The notes below the pieces were generated by a model that saw nothing but the letters and a program-made list of their open reading frames with translations, ran no database searches and was not told where the DNA came from. This document shows, piece by piece, positions 18,627-26,910 of a DNA stretch of 32,000 bases. Numbering within the stretch: the stretch's first letter is position 1; every line of letters begins with the position of its first letter. Source of the stretch: Dickeya dadantii NCPPB 898 (GTDB taxonomy: Bacteria; Pseudomonadota; Gammaproteobacteria; Enterobacterales; Enterobacteriaceae). A program made the position numbers and the translations under genes. The stretch covers positions 3,883,177-3,915,176 of the forward strand of contig NZ_CM001976.1 of the NCBI RefSeq assembly GCF_000406145.1, written 5' to 3'.

Positions 18627-18996
18627 CCCCTTCCCCCAGAAAAATGGTTTAATTCATTTTAAGTAATCACACACAGAGCAATTATCAGGCCAACCGCGGT
18701 CATCGCCGATCGCCACCGCGTGTTTAAGAGACTTAACAATCTGAATCGATTTGAAAAAAGTTTCACATTCACATTTCTTGCAACAAAGCCGCCATCATGT
18801 CGATTTAGTGTAAGAATCATTCAAAATCTGCATGCAACCGACAAACAGTCCGCCCGACATACACTAAAATGAACCAGGATGGTGCAGCCGGTCAGATGGA
18901 AAAACGCGCTGGCGGCATAAGATGGCAAACAACAAACTTCCGGAAGCAAAAAAAGCTGATAGTCTGTAACTTTTGTACTTCTGGCAAGGCAGGGCT

Positions 18997-19473
18997 ATGT
19001 ACAACATTGATGATTTCGATCTGAAGATCCTCACACTGCTGCAGGCAAATGGACGCCTTACCAATCAGGAACTCAGCGATCTGGTTGGGCTGTCTGCCTC
19101 ACAGTGTTCTCGTCGTCGTATTGCCCTTGAACAGGCGCAACTGATTCTTGGGTATCACGCCCGGCTGGCGCCGGATGCGGTCGGGCTGGAAGTGATGGGT
19201 CTGATTGAAGTACGGCTGATCAATCACACTCAGGAGTGTGTAGACAGCTTTCACCAGATGCTGGGCGAAGTCGACGCGATTATCGACGCCTACAAAACCA
19301 CCGGCGACGCGGATTACATGCTAAAAGTGGCGGTGGCGGACCTGCACGGCCTGAGCGCGCTGATCAGCCAGATTCTGGCGCGCAACAAAAGCGTGGCGCA
19401 CCTGAAAACCTCGGTGGTGCTCAACCGACTGAAAGAGAACGGGCTGATGGCGCCGGCGACCGTGTCGCCCTAA
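18997..19473 (+). CDS. Lrp/AsnC-family transcriptional regulator
   Basis: MYNIDDFDLKILTLLQANGRLTNQELSDLVGLSASQCSRRR is the AsnC-type HTH, followed by a RAM-like domain. Start at ATG 18997. Confidence 0.8.
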   Translation: MYNIDDFDLKILTLLQANGRLTNQELSDLVGLSASQCSRRRIALEQAQLILGYHARLAPDAVGLEVMGLIEVRLINHTQECVDSFHQMLGEVDAIIDAYKTTGDADYMLKVAVADLHGLSALISQILARNKSVAHLKTSVVLNRLKENGLMAPATVSP

Positions 19474-19723
19474 ATTGGTGCGAACGCTGCTTCCACACGG
19501 TGCAAGATTACCTATTCCTTGCGCCATAACCAAAAAAACGCACGATACAACCAATAAATACACAATAAACGCATAAGATACGCATAAAAAATTCATCCTG
19601 TGCATTCAATGCCTTAACACTCCCTGCGTACAAAAAATCTTCACACAACACTTACCATCATAACGACTGGTGTGCTTTTTGCTTGAAAAGACAGGTATTC
19701 CTTCTTTAATCAGGCGCTTTTTC

Positions 19724-20338
19724 ATGGATAACGTCATTACGCCACAACCGGTTTCCCACACGCTGCTGGAAGATATTCTGGCGCTGCTCATCGGCACCCT
19801 GATGGTGTCATTTGGCGTTATTCTGCTGCGTCAGGCTGGCGCGCTGACCGGCGGCACCGCCGGGATGGCATTTTTGCTGCATTACGCCACCCACATCTCG
19901 TTCGGCACCGCGTTCTTCCTGATCAATCTGCCGTTTTATTACCTCGCCATCCGACGTATGGGCTGGCCATTCACCATCAAAACCTTCTGCGCGGTGGCGA
20001 TGGTGTCGCTGTTTTCCGACCTGCACCCGTTGTTCATCCACTTTGATCACCTACAGCCGATTTACGCCACGCTGTTTGGCAACCTGATTATGGGGCTGGG
20101 GTTCATTGTGCTATTCCGCCACCGCGCCAGTCTGGGCGGGGTAAATATTCTGGCGCTCTATTTACAGGACAAAAGTGGAATCCGCGCCGGAAAATTCCAG
20201 ATGGCGGTGGATGTAACCATTGTGCTGACTTCCCTGTTCGTGGTAAGCATACCGATGCTGATCGCGTCCGTGCTGGGCGCGGCGGCGCTGAATCTGATTA
20301 TCGCCATGAATCATCGACCTGGCCGTTATACAGCCTAA
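19724..20338 (+). CDS. YitT-family integral membrane protein (DUF161-type)
   Basis: Multi-TM protein with GGTAGMAFLL and ASLGGVNILALYL motifs typical of YitT-like proteins. Start at ATG 19724 (MDNVITPQ...). Confidence 0.6.
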   Translation: MDNVITPQPVSHTLLEDILALLIGTLMVSFGVILLRQAGALTGGTAGMAFLLHYATHISFGTAFFLINLPFYYLAIRRMGWPFTIKTFCAVAMVSLFSDLHPLFIHFDHLQPIYATLFGNLIMGLGFIVLFRHRASLGGVNILALYLQDKSGIRAGKFQMAVDVTIVLTSLFVVSIPMLIASVLGAAALNLIIAMNHRPGRYTA

Positions 20339-20386
20339 GCCCTGCGCAAACAGCTTGACCCTTTATACTCAGGAGAGTTACCGACC

Positions 20387-21580
20387 GTGTTCCAGAATGT
20401 TGACGCCTACGCTGGCGACCCTATCCTGTCCCTGATGGAGCAATTCAAGCAGGATCCCCGTACTGATAAAGTGAATCTCAGCATCGGGTTGTATTACGAC
20501 GGACAGGGCGTTATTCCTCAATTGCAGGCGGTCAACGCCGCGGAAACACAGATGCAGGCTGCGCCGCAGCAGGCATCGGTCTACCTGCCGATGGAAGGCC
20601 TCTCCTCTTACCGCAGCGCGGTGCAGACGCTGCTGTTTGGCGAACGTCACCCGGCATTAACCTCACAGCGCATCGCCACCATCCAGACGCTGGGCGGTTC
20701 CGGTGCGCTGAAAGTGGGCGCGGATTTCCTCAAACGCTATTTCCCGGATTCCGAAGTCTGGGTCAGCGACCCAACCTGGGAAAACCACATCGCCATTTTC
20801 TCCGGTGCGGGTTTTCAGGTGCACACCTACCCGTACTTCGACGCCGACACGCTGGGCGTCAACGTCGATGGAATGATCAGCGCCCTGAAACAACTGCCGC
20901 CGCGCAGCATCGTGCTGCTGCACCCGTGCTGCCACAACCCGACCGGCTCAGACCTGACCCACGCCGAGTGGGACCGCGTGATCGAAGTACTGATCAAAGG
21001 CGAACTGGTGCCGTTCCTTGATATCGCCTATCAGGGTTTTGGCGGCGGCATGGACGACGACGCCTATGCCATCCGTGCTATCGCCGGTACCGGCCTGCCT
21101 GCGCTGGTCAGCAATTCGTTTTCCAAAATCTTCTCGCTGTATGGCGAGCGCGTGGGCGGGTTGTCGGTCGTGTGCGAAGATCAGGAAGCGGCGAACCGCG
21201 TGCTCGGCCAGTTGAAAGCCACCGTGCGCCGCAACTACTCCAGCCCGCCGAACTTCGGCGCACAGGTGGTATCGCGCGTGCTGAACGATAGCGCGCTCAA
21301 CGCCAGCTGGCATGCGGAAGTGGAAGCCATGCGCCTGCGAATTCTGGAAATGCGCCAGACGCTGGCGGACGAACTGAAAAAAGCGCTGCCGAATCGCAAC
21401 TTCGACTACCTGCTGACCCAGCGCGGCATGTTCAGCTACACCGGCTTTAGCGCCGCACAGGTGGACCGCCTGCGGGAAGAGTTCGGCGTCTACCTGATCG
21501 CCAGCGGCCGCATCTGCGTCGCCGGTTTAAACCATCACAACGTACAGCGCGTGGCCGCCGCCTTCGCCGCCGTACAGTAA
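20387..21580 (+). CDS. tyrB: Aromatic-amino-acid aminotransferase TyrB
   Basis: GTG start after an [35 protein letters not shown]...[17 protein letters not shown] (PLP lysine)...[16 protein letters not shown] is colinear with E. coli TyrB. Confidence 0.9.
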   Translation: MFQNVDAYAGDPILSLMEQFKQDPRTDKVNLSIGLYYDGQGVIPQLQAVNAAETQMQAAPQQASVYLPMEGLSSYRSAVQTLLFGERHPALTSQRIATIQTLGGSGALKVGADFLKRYFPDSEVWVSDPTWENHIAIFSGAGFQVHTYPYFDADTLGVNVDGMISALKQLPPRSIVLLHPCCHNPTGSDLTHAEWDRVIEVLIKGELVPFLDIAYQGFGGGMDDDAYAIRAIAGTGLPALVSNSFSKIFSLYGERVGGLSVVCEDQEAANRVLGQLKATVRRNYSSPPNFGAQVVSRVLNDSALNASWHAEVEAMRLRILEMRQTLADELKKALPNRNFDYLLTQRGMFSYTGFSAAQVDRLREEFGVYLIASGRICVAGLNHHNVQRVAAAFAAVQ

Positions 21581-21609
21581 GTTATTCCTTTCACTTTTTT
21601 ACGCCTTTT

Positions 21610-21641
21610 CCCCCTACCGGTAACGGTAGGGGGATTTTTTT
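21610..21641 (+). terminator. Rho-independent terminator of tyrB
   Basis: CCCCCTACCG-GTAA-CGGTAGGGGG stem-loop followed by ATTTTTTT. Confidence 0.85.
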
Positions 21642-21732
21642 ATTCCTGCGCAGGAAACGGCGAAGCCCGCCGCGGGGCTGAGGCTGTTGACAAACAGCGG
21701 GGGGTTTTAGTTATTGGCGGATTTATGCCGGA

Positions 21733-22069
21733 GCGGTGAATGATTTCGTGCGGGATAAGCTATGGTGCTTCCTTGCCACTTCATCGCACGCACGACAAGG
21801 AGAGGTTCACGTGCCACCTCTCCTTGACCACTGGCTGGTGGCTAAACTACGCCGCTGACGCGGTGCCTTCGGCGTTCGCCTTCGCTGTTCGGACCGCCCA
21901 TTACGCGTTTACTCGCCCCATCCCTGGGGCTCGCCCTTCGGGCCAGCGTAAACGCTGTTCAAAAACGCTCCCAGCGTTTTTGTCAGACACGGAATGGGCT
22001 TGCACGGCATCCATGCCGTGCATCCGGCGAAGTCCCCACCTCAGCGTAGTTTTTAACGCCAGCACACCG
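21733..22069. repeat. Right copy of the hairpin-rich trailer element, inverted relative to 16853-17172
   Basis: See the left copy. Carries a 13-nt insertion (agcgaaggcgaac in CRISPR2-sense orientation; seen reverse-complemented on the plus strand near 21868-21880) relative to the left copy. Confidence 0.85.
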
Positions 22070-22516
22070 GTCAACCGCTGCCTGTGCGGCAGTGAACAGT
22101 GGGTGGAGTAAGTCACATGGCCGGAGACTTTTCTAAACTGCCTACACGGCAGTGAACATTCAGTATTCAAAAGACAGCGTTTTGAGTTTTTTCTAAGCTG
22201 CCTACGCGGCAGTGAACCCGTGCCGGGGCGAAGTTCACCCCGCAATACTTTTCTAAGCTGCCTACGTGGCAGTGAACCAGCTCATTGACAAGGCGACCAA
22301 CCCGCCAATTTTCTAAGCTGCCTACGCGGCAGTGAACGAGATATGCCTAAAATAAAACCGGGGACAGTATTTCTAAGCTGCCTACGCGGCAGTGAACGAA
22401 CAGAGCCAATGATTGGAATAAGAGTTATTTTCTAAGCTGCCTACGCGGCAGTGAACACCACGTCAAACGCCCCTGATCATCCCATGTGTTTCTAAGCTGC
22501 CTACGCGGCAGTGAAC
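22070..22516 (-). CRISPR. CRISPR2: type I-F array with 8 repeats and 7 spacers, directly downstream of cas6f
   Basis: Plus strand shows TTTCTAAGCTGCCTACGCGGCAGTGAAC, the reverse complement of GTTCACTGCCGCGTAGGCAGCTTAGAAA. Repeats start at 22070 (degenerate terminal), 22130, 22190, 22250, 22310, 22370, 22429 and 22489. Spacers are 32 nt except one of 31 nt. Confidence 0.95.
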
Positions 22517-22646
22517 CGTAGCGAACATTCGCTTATCACCTGATTAATAAAGAAAAATCGTCATTTTGACGAAAAAAACCCTTTTTTCTGGCGGCCAGAT
22601 TGCGGTATTAAAAATCAATACGTTAACGCTGGCCGCAAAAAAAGGG
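22517..22646 (-). promoter_or_regulatory. CRISPR2 leader
   Basis: Between the cas6f stop and the first repeat. AAAAAAGGGT motif (plus-strand 22578-22587) about 61 nt from repeat 1. IHF-like AATCAATACGTTA at 22613-22625. GCTACG junction. Confidence 0.6.
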
Positions 22647-23201
22647 TTAAAACCAGGGGATGGTGGCGACCGCGCTTAACCCGTAGCTGGAGAACGCCCC
22701 GGCGACCGGTTTATCCTGCAACGGACAGTGTTCGACGAACAGCAGAAACGTTTGTCCGTTGGAAAGGCTTCGCAGCGGCAGATACGGCAGCGAGGTGCGT
22801 TTTTCCACCGTATAGGGAATGCGCGCGTCTGCCTCATCTACGGTCATCCGGCCTTTGTTCACCGCGCGACGGCGCAGCCGCTCGGCGCTGCTTTTCACCT
22901 GCACCCGACGTACCGTGCGGTACTTCACGCCCGCCGGCACCGGCAGCGCTTCGGTGATGACGGTATAATCGCGCAGTCCTTTCAGCCAGCCGGTCTGCTC
23001 CAGCGCCGCCAGCTCCTGCACGCTGCCGTGCAGCCGCAGGCGCTCCCCCAGCGTTTTGCCCGCATCAGGAAAGCTCACCCCGATGGCGCCCGTCGCCCGT
23101 TGCCCCAGCGCCCGGTGCAGCTTGGCGAACAGCGCGCTCAGCAACTGCACCCCGCTGAATTCCGGGTCGGGCAGCACCCGAATCTCGATATAGTGGTCCA
23201 T
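22647..23201 (-). CDS. cas6f: Cas6f (Csy4) CRISPR repeat endoribonuclease
   Basis: [15 protein letters not shown]...GVSFPD...[15 protein letters not shown]...SYGLS...IPWF is colinear with P. aeruginosa Csy4. Confidence 0.95.
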   Translation of the reverse strand: MDHYIEIRVLPDPEFSGVQLLSALFAKLHRALGQRATGAIGVSFPDAGKTLGERLRLHGSVQELAALEQTGWLKGLRDYTVITEALPVPAGVKYRTVRRVQVKSSAERLRRRAVNKGRMTVDEADARIPYTVEKRTSLPYLPLRSLSNGQTFLLFVEHCPLQDKPVAGAFSSYGLSAVATIPWF

Positions 23202-23207
23202 AGCGCG

Positions 23208-24215
23208 TTACTCGCCTTTTTCGCCGAACACCCCGCCGCGAATCAGCGTGGCGATAACGTAGTGCTGCTGCTCCACCGCCGGCGCACTGCCCTTGATCAC
23301 CCAGTTATCCAGCAGGGTGTAAAAATCCATCTTGTCTTTCGGCTGACGGTAGGCTCGGCCACGGCTGGTCACCGAACCGTAGGGTTCGACCGCGATCGGC
23401 CCGGTTTCCGCCGCTTCCGGGTGCCAGTCGTCCACGGTGCGCAGCGCGTTGCCGATTTTCTGTGAATGGATCGCCGCCACGTCGTTGACCTGATACAGGA
23501 TTTTGCTCTTGCCGCTGCGCGCCCGCTCATCCAGCACCAGTTCCTGCGACGGAAACACCTCCTGGCCGTTGCCCAACTTCACCTGCGCGTCCACGCGGAA
23601 AAACGCAGAGTCGTTGCCCGCCAGCGCCAGCTCAATGGCGTGCGTCAGCTCGGCCAGCGCGCCGTTGGGCTGGCTAAACTGGCGCAGCGAATGGTCTTCG
23701 CCGTTGAATTCCCAGCGCTTATCGTTATGCGTCACCACTACCAGCACCGCTTCCGCGCCGATACGGTTACGCCACAGGAAGCGGCCGCTGGCGATATTCT
23801 CGGCGTAACGCGCCGCCAGCACGCCAAAGCCCTGATCGCGGGCGTAACCGTTAATCACCTCGGTCAGCGCCTGCTGATAATCCTGATCGTTGCACACCGA
23901 CGGCTGCGCCAGATTGCCCAGTACCCGCAGCGTGAAGGCCACTTTCAGCGTATCGGCGTCAAACGGCAGCGCCGCCACATCCACCGTTTGCAGGTTGGCT
24001 TTCTGAATTTCGGCATCCAGTTTGGCCGGGTCGCTGCTGATGGCGTTTTTTAACCGGTTGGAGATGGTGCCGCGTACCGATTTTTCCTGAATTATCACCG
24101 GCGCCCACTGATCCTGCTGCCAGTTGCCCGCGAACATCAGCGCATCGGAATTCGCCAGCTTGCGCTCAAACGCCAGTACCGATGCGGTTTTCAACGTGGT
24201 TGCTGCTTTTGCCAT
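23208..24215 (-). CDS. csy3: Cas7f (Csy3) Cascade backbone subunit
   Basis: Start moved to ATG 24215 ([20 protein letters not shown]...) after an AAGGA RBS, which removes the overlap with csy2. [38 protein letters not shown] and [16 protein letters not shown] match Csy3. Confidence 0.9.
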   Translation of the reverse strand: MAKAATTLKTASVLAFERKLANSDALMFAGNWQQDQWAPVIIQEKSVRGTISNRLKNAISSDPAKLDAEIQKANLQTVDVAALPFDADTLKVAFTLRVLGNLAQPSVCNDQDYQQALTEVINGYARDQGFGVLAARYAENIASGRFLWRNRIGAEAVLVVVTHNDKRWEFNGEDHSLRQFSQPNGALAELTHAIELALAGNDSAFFRVDAQVKLGNGQEVFPSQELVLDERARSGKSKILYQVNDVAAIHSQKIGNALRTVDDWHPEAAETGPIAVEPYGSVTSRGRAYRQPKDKMDFYTLLDNWVIKGSAPAVEQQHYVIATLIRGGVFGEKGE

Positions 24216-24231
24216 GTTCTTAATCCTTGTC

Positions 24232-25170
24232 TCAGTAATTGAATTCGAGTTCGTCGTAGTCATCCGCCGCGCGGTTCAGATCGTCTGCGGTTTGCAGGCA
24301 GCGGTAGGTGCCGTGTTGATAGTGGTAACGCCAGAGGATGCGGTTGATATCATTAATCCGGTGCGCGCCGCGCCACTCGCCGACGCCGTAAATGGCCTCG
24401 GCGAAACAGAACGGGGTGGACAAGTCGCGGGTTTTCTCCACCTCGCCGGGGGTATACAACGGCGAAATGGCGCGGTAGCCGGTCATCAGCGGCACCAGAT
24501 AGCCGCCTTCAGGTTTGGGCAACGCCTGCCAGTTCACCTCATCGTCAGGTGAGCGCACCGCCTGATGTTTAAGGGCGGCGAAATCCAGCCAGGCATCCAG
24601 CATCTCCGCCTGCGGATTGGCCTGCTGCAAGTCCTGAAAATGCGACTGCAACAGCGGGGTGCGATCCAGCAGCACAAACCCCGGCAGCAAACGGCGCATC
24701 AGGCCGCGCGTGCTGCCGTCGTCGGCGGGCATGTCATCGATGCTTACCCGTTCGATGTCTACAATCAGCCCGCCCGCCAGCCGCTGGCGCAGCGACAGCT
24801 GTCGCAACTGCTGTTTCAGCGTGTCGAGGCCGTCTTCACCGGGCAACATACCGTGACACTCGATAAGCAGCGACACGGTGAGATGCATCCGCCCTTCCTC
24901 GTTAAAGGCGGCGGTTTTTTCCTCTTTGGTCAGCGGGTTGCGCGTGAGGGCGAAGCTGCGGTTCCAGCCGCTGCCGTAAGCATGCAACTGGTGCTGATGG
25001 CACACCACGCCGCAGCCTTCCAGCGTCAGGCCATGCGATGCCTGCAACTGACGCGACAGCGCGTGAGTAAAGCCGAGAAAATGGCTGATGGCCGGAAAGC
25101 CGTAGGTGTGCCCGGCGATGGCGTTGGCGTTTTCCACCTGAATACGCCGCAGAATAATCAGGCTGCTCAT
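24232..25170 (-). CDS. csy2: Cas5f (Csy2) Cascade subunit
   Basis: Position between csy1 and csy3. ATGA overlap with the csy1 stop. N-terminal [13 protein letters not shown]... is Csy2-like. Confidence 0.85.
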   Translation of the reverse strand: MSSLIILRRIQVENANAIAGHTYGFPAISHFLGFTHALSRQLQASHGLTLEGCGVVCHQHQLHAYGSGWNRSFALTRNPLTKEEKTAAFNEEGRMHLTVSLLIECHGMLPGEDGLDTLKQQLRQLSLRQRLAGGLIVDIERVSIDDMPADDGSTRGLMRRLLPGFVLLDRTPLLQSHFQDLQQANPQAEMLDAWLDFAALKHQAVRSPDDEVNWQALPKPEGGYLVPLMTGYRAISPLYTPGEVEKTRDLSTPFCFAEAIYGVGEWRGAHRINDINRILWRYHYQHGTYRCLQTADDLNRAADDYDELEFNY

Positions 25171-26504
25171 GCCAATTCTCCCTTCAATGCACGCTCGGTT
25201 TCACGCAGGCGCTGTTTGAACAGCGCGGCGGTTGACCATTCGCGGCGTTCCACCTCGCCGAAAATCAGTTTCTCATGCTGTAACCGCGCATTCAGCCAGC
25301 GGCCAAATTCATGGGCTACCTGCTCCTTCCAGTCACCGGCGTCGCGTTCACGCAGAAAATCCTTGTCCTGCAAGCCGCGCCACGGATCAAGCCACAATTG
25401 CAGATGGCGTTTCAGACGGGAATCCACGCTCCAGCCCGCCGGACGCAGGTTTTGTACCGTAGCGACATAGCCAAATAAGGTGTCGATTAACTGGTCGAGG
25501 TAACGCCGGCGCTGGTTACGAATCTCGCGGTTGTTTTCCACCTCTTTTACGCTGAGCAGGAATTGCCGCATCTCCCGACGGTCGGCATAGGTCAGTGCGT
25601 CCACCTCGCCCCGTTCACGAAAGATGGTGTCATGCTCGACGGGCGGTTTGATGTGGCTGCGCCACTGCGGCGGCGCACTACTCAGCAGATAAGAACGGCC
25701 GCTGCGGGCGCTGTTCAGCGCAGAGATATTTTGCGGCTTGGTGCCGCCCATGTTTTGCACCGCGACACCGGGGTAGCTGACCAGCACCTCACCGTGCCAG
25801 CGTTTTTCCCGCCGGGCCTCACGGATGGCTTTGGCCTGCTCGCCGAAGCGCACCGCCGTCAGGCGTTGGTCCAGCGCCTGCGACAGTGAGGACGAATAAA
25901 GCGGGCTGAGTAAGTGGTATTCCCCGTCCCCCAGCGGAAAGTAGATCTGCTTGGCGAGTTTATGGGAACTGGGCTGTTTATCGGTCAGCACCAGCCCGAA
26001 CCCGGCCAGCCACTGGGTGAGCTGCTGCGGGCTTTCCGCCAACGCTTCCAGCGCGCGGTGGTCGCCCCGTTGCAGCGCCGCCAGCAGTGAATCGCCGTGA
26101 TGTTCGGTTTGCAGCAGTTTGGCCACGTCCAACGCCGCCGCGTTGCCGACGGCATCAATCGCCGGTTGCGCCAGCGTCGCGGTAGACAACACCGCACTGT
26201 CAGCAGCGGGTTTAGTGCTGAACACGCTGCTGCCTTTAGCGTCGCTGTGGGTGAATTTCAGCGCGTGGGTCACCAGGCTAATCTGCCCGGCCCGGCTGGC
26301 GGCGTCGGTCAGCCAGTTGCGCACCTCGTAGGCTTGTTCTATCTCACGCCGCGCTTGCGCCAGCGTCAATTCCGCTTCGGCCAGCGCCTCACCGCTTAAC
26401 GCCGCCCGCTGCTTATCGGCGGCTTTATCGAAGGCGTCGAGCTTGGTCTGAAGCCGGTTACTGATATACGAGAGGATGAACGCTTGCAAACCTTCACTAC
26501 TCAT
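25167..26504 (-). CDS. csy1: Cas8f (Csy1) Cascade large subunit
   Basis: First gene after the cas2/3 gap, about 445 aa. [10 protein letters not shown]...KLDAFDK N-terminus typical of Csy1. AAGGAA RBS. Confidence 0.85.
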   Translation of the reverse strand: MSSEGLQAFILSYISNRLQTKLDAFDKAADKQRAALSGEALAEAELTLAQARREIEQAYEVRNWLTDAASRAGQISLVTHALKFTHSDAKGSSVFSTKPAADSAVLSTATLAQPAIDAVGNAAALDVAKLLQTEHHGDSLLAALQRGDHRALEALAESPQQLTQWLAGFGLVLTDKQPSSHKLAKQIYFPLGDGEYHLLSPLYSSSLSQALDQRLTAVRFGEQAKAIREARREKRWHGEVLVSYPGVAVQNMGGTKPQNISALNSARSGRSYLLSSAPPQWRSHIKPPVEHDTIFRERGEVDALTYADRREMRQFLLSVKEVENNREIRNQRRRYLDQLIDTLFGYVATVQNLRPAGWSVDSRLKRHLQLWLDPWRGLQDKDFLRERDAGDWKEQVAHEFGRWLNARLQHEKLIFGEVERREWSTAALFKQRLRETERALKGELA

Positions 26505-26537
26505 TGTCGATTCCTTGAGCGTGTTATCAGTTACTGA

Positions 26538-26717
26538 TTAATTACGGTTAATGTTAAGGAAGAAAATTGTGAACCACTGCGTTGTTACTGACGAATCGGG
26601 TGGATTGTTAACAGTCAGAGATACTGGCTTCATCAGCAATCCAGCAGCCATACAAAGTACAGCGATACAGAATAACCTTAAGTTAGCTGGCCTCGTTTCA
26701 TTAGAATCTCTCATCAT
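26538..26717 (-). CDS. Hypothetical 59-aa small hydrophobic peptide on the cas strand, upstream of csy1; coding status uncertain
   Basis: ATGATG at 26717/26714. MMRDSNETRPANLRLFCIAVLCMAAGLLMKPVSL... has one predicted TM-like segment. No convincing SD. It almost fully overlaps an ORF on the other strand. Confidence 0.25.
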   Translation of the reverse strand: MMRDSNETRPANLRLFCIAVLCMAAGLLMKPVSLTVNNPPDSSVTTQWFTIFFLNINRN

Positions 26718-26748
26718 TATCCGAACGAAGGCCATCATAGAACATTGA
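26569..26748 (+). CDS. Hypothetical 59-aa small soluble protein (65 aa from ATG 26551) on the strand of the mini-CRISPR; coding status uncertain
   Basis: GTG 26569 is preceded by AGGAAG with a 6-nt spacer, a good SD geometry. No recognisable domain. A 60-plus-codon ORF in about 40% GC DNA is unlikely by chance, but only one of the two antisense ORFs is likely real. Confidence 0.3.
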   Translation: MNHCVVTDESGGLLTVRDTGFISNPAAIQSTAIQNNLKLAGLVSLESLIIIRTKAIIEH

Positions 26749-26765
26749 ACACTCGTTGATCAACA

Positions 26766-26808
26766 CCTATATATATCACCTATATTTATCACCTTTTGCC
26801 TTTAATCC
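26766..26808 (+). promoter_or_regulatory. Two tandem CC-PAM-flanked partial protospacers for the mini-CRISPR pseudo-spacer, in TATA-rich promoter-like DNA
   Basis: Site A: CC 26766-67 plus 26768-26795. Site B: CC 26779-80 plus 26781-26808. Both begin TATATnTATCAnC, matching pseudo-spacer positions 1-5, 7-11 and 13. Site B also matches 16 and 18-23. Confidence 0.6.
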
Positions 26809-26826
26809 AATAACCCGATACAATTT

Positions 26827-26910
26827 TTCGTACTGCCGACTGGCAGCTTAGAAATATATGTATCAGCCATAGCCTTTCTGTTGTTAACTGCCGCATAGGC
26901 AGCGACGCAC
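26827..26910 (+). CRISPR. Degenerate mini-CRISPR (psiR1 - 28-nt pseudo-spacer - psiR2) in the cas2/3-csy1 gap, antisense to the cas genes; CreA/CreR-like
   Basis: psiR1 ..GTACTGCCGACTGGCAGCTTAGAAA keeps the CTGCC/GGCAG stem and a perfect 8-nt CTTAGAAA handle. Pseudo-spacer 26855-26882 is TATATGTATCAGCCATAGCCTTTCTGTT. psiR2 (26883-26910) GTTAACTGCCGCATAGGCAG-CGACGCAC keeps the 20-nt hairpin part only and abuts the cas2/3 stop. Confidence 0.75.

Noticed and set aside
18627-18996. Search for TyrR boxes (TGTAAA-N6-TTTACA) upstream of aroP, the Lrp-family gene and tyrB.
   Set aside because: Only weak half-site matches (e.g. TGTAAGAATCATTCAAAA). Nothing I would call a site without a PWM score.
513-25470. 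Many long ORFs antisense to or overlapping the annotated genes (e.g. 513-1109, 1901-3187, 11360-12493, 12541-13431, 15676-16365, 17940-18602, 22728-23465, 23466-24053, 24565-25470, and numerous ORFs inside cas2/3).
   Set aside because: They are Arg/Pro/Gly/His-rich, low-complexity translations typical of shadow frames in GC-rich DNA. Each overlaps a gene with a strong family-level match on the other strand or frame.
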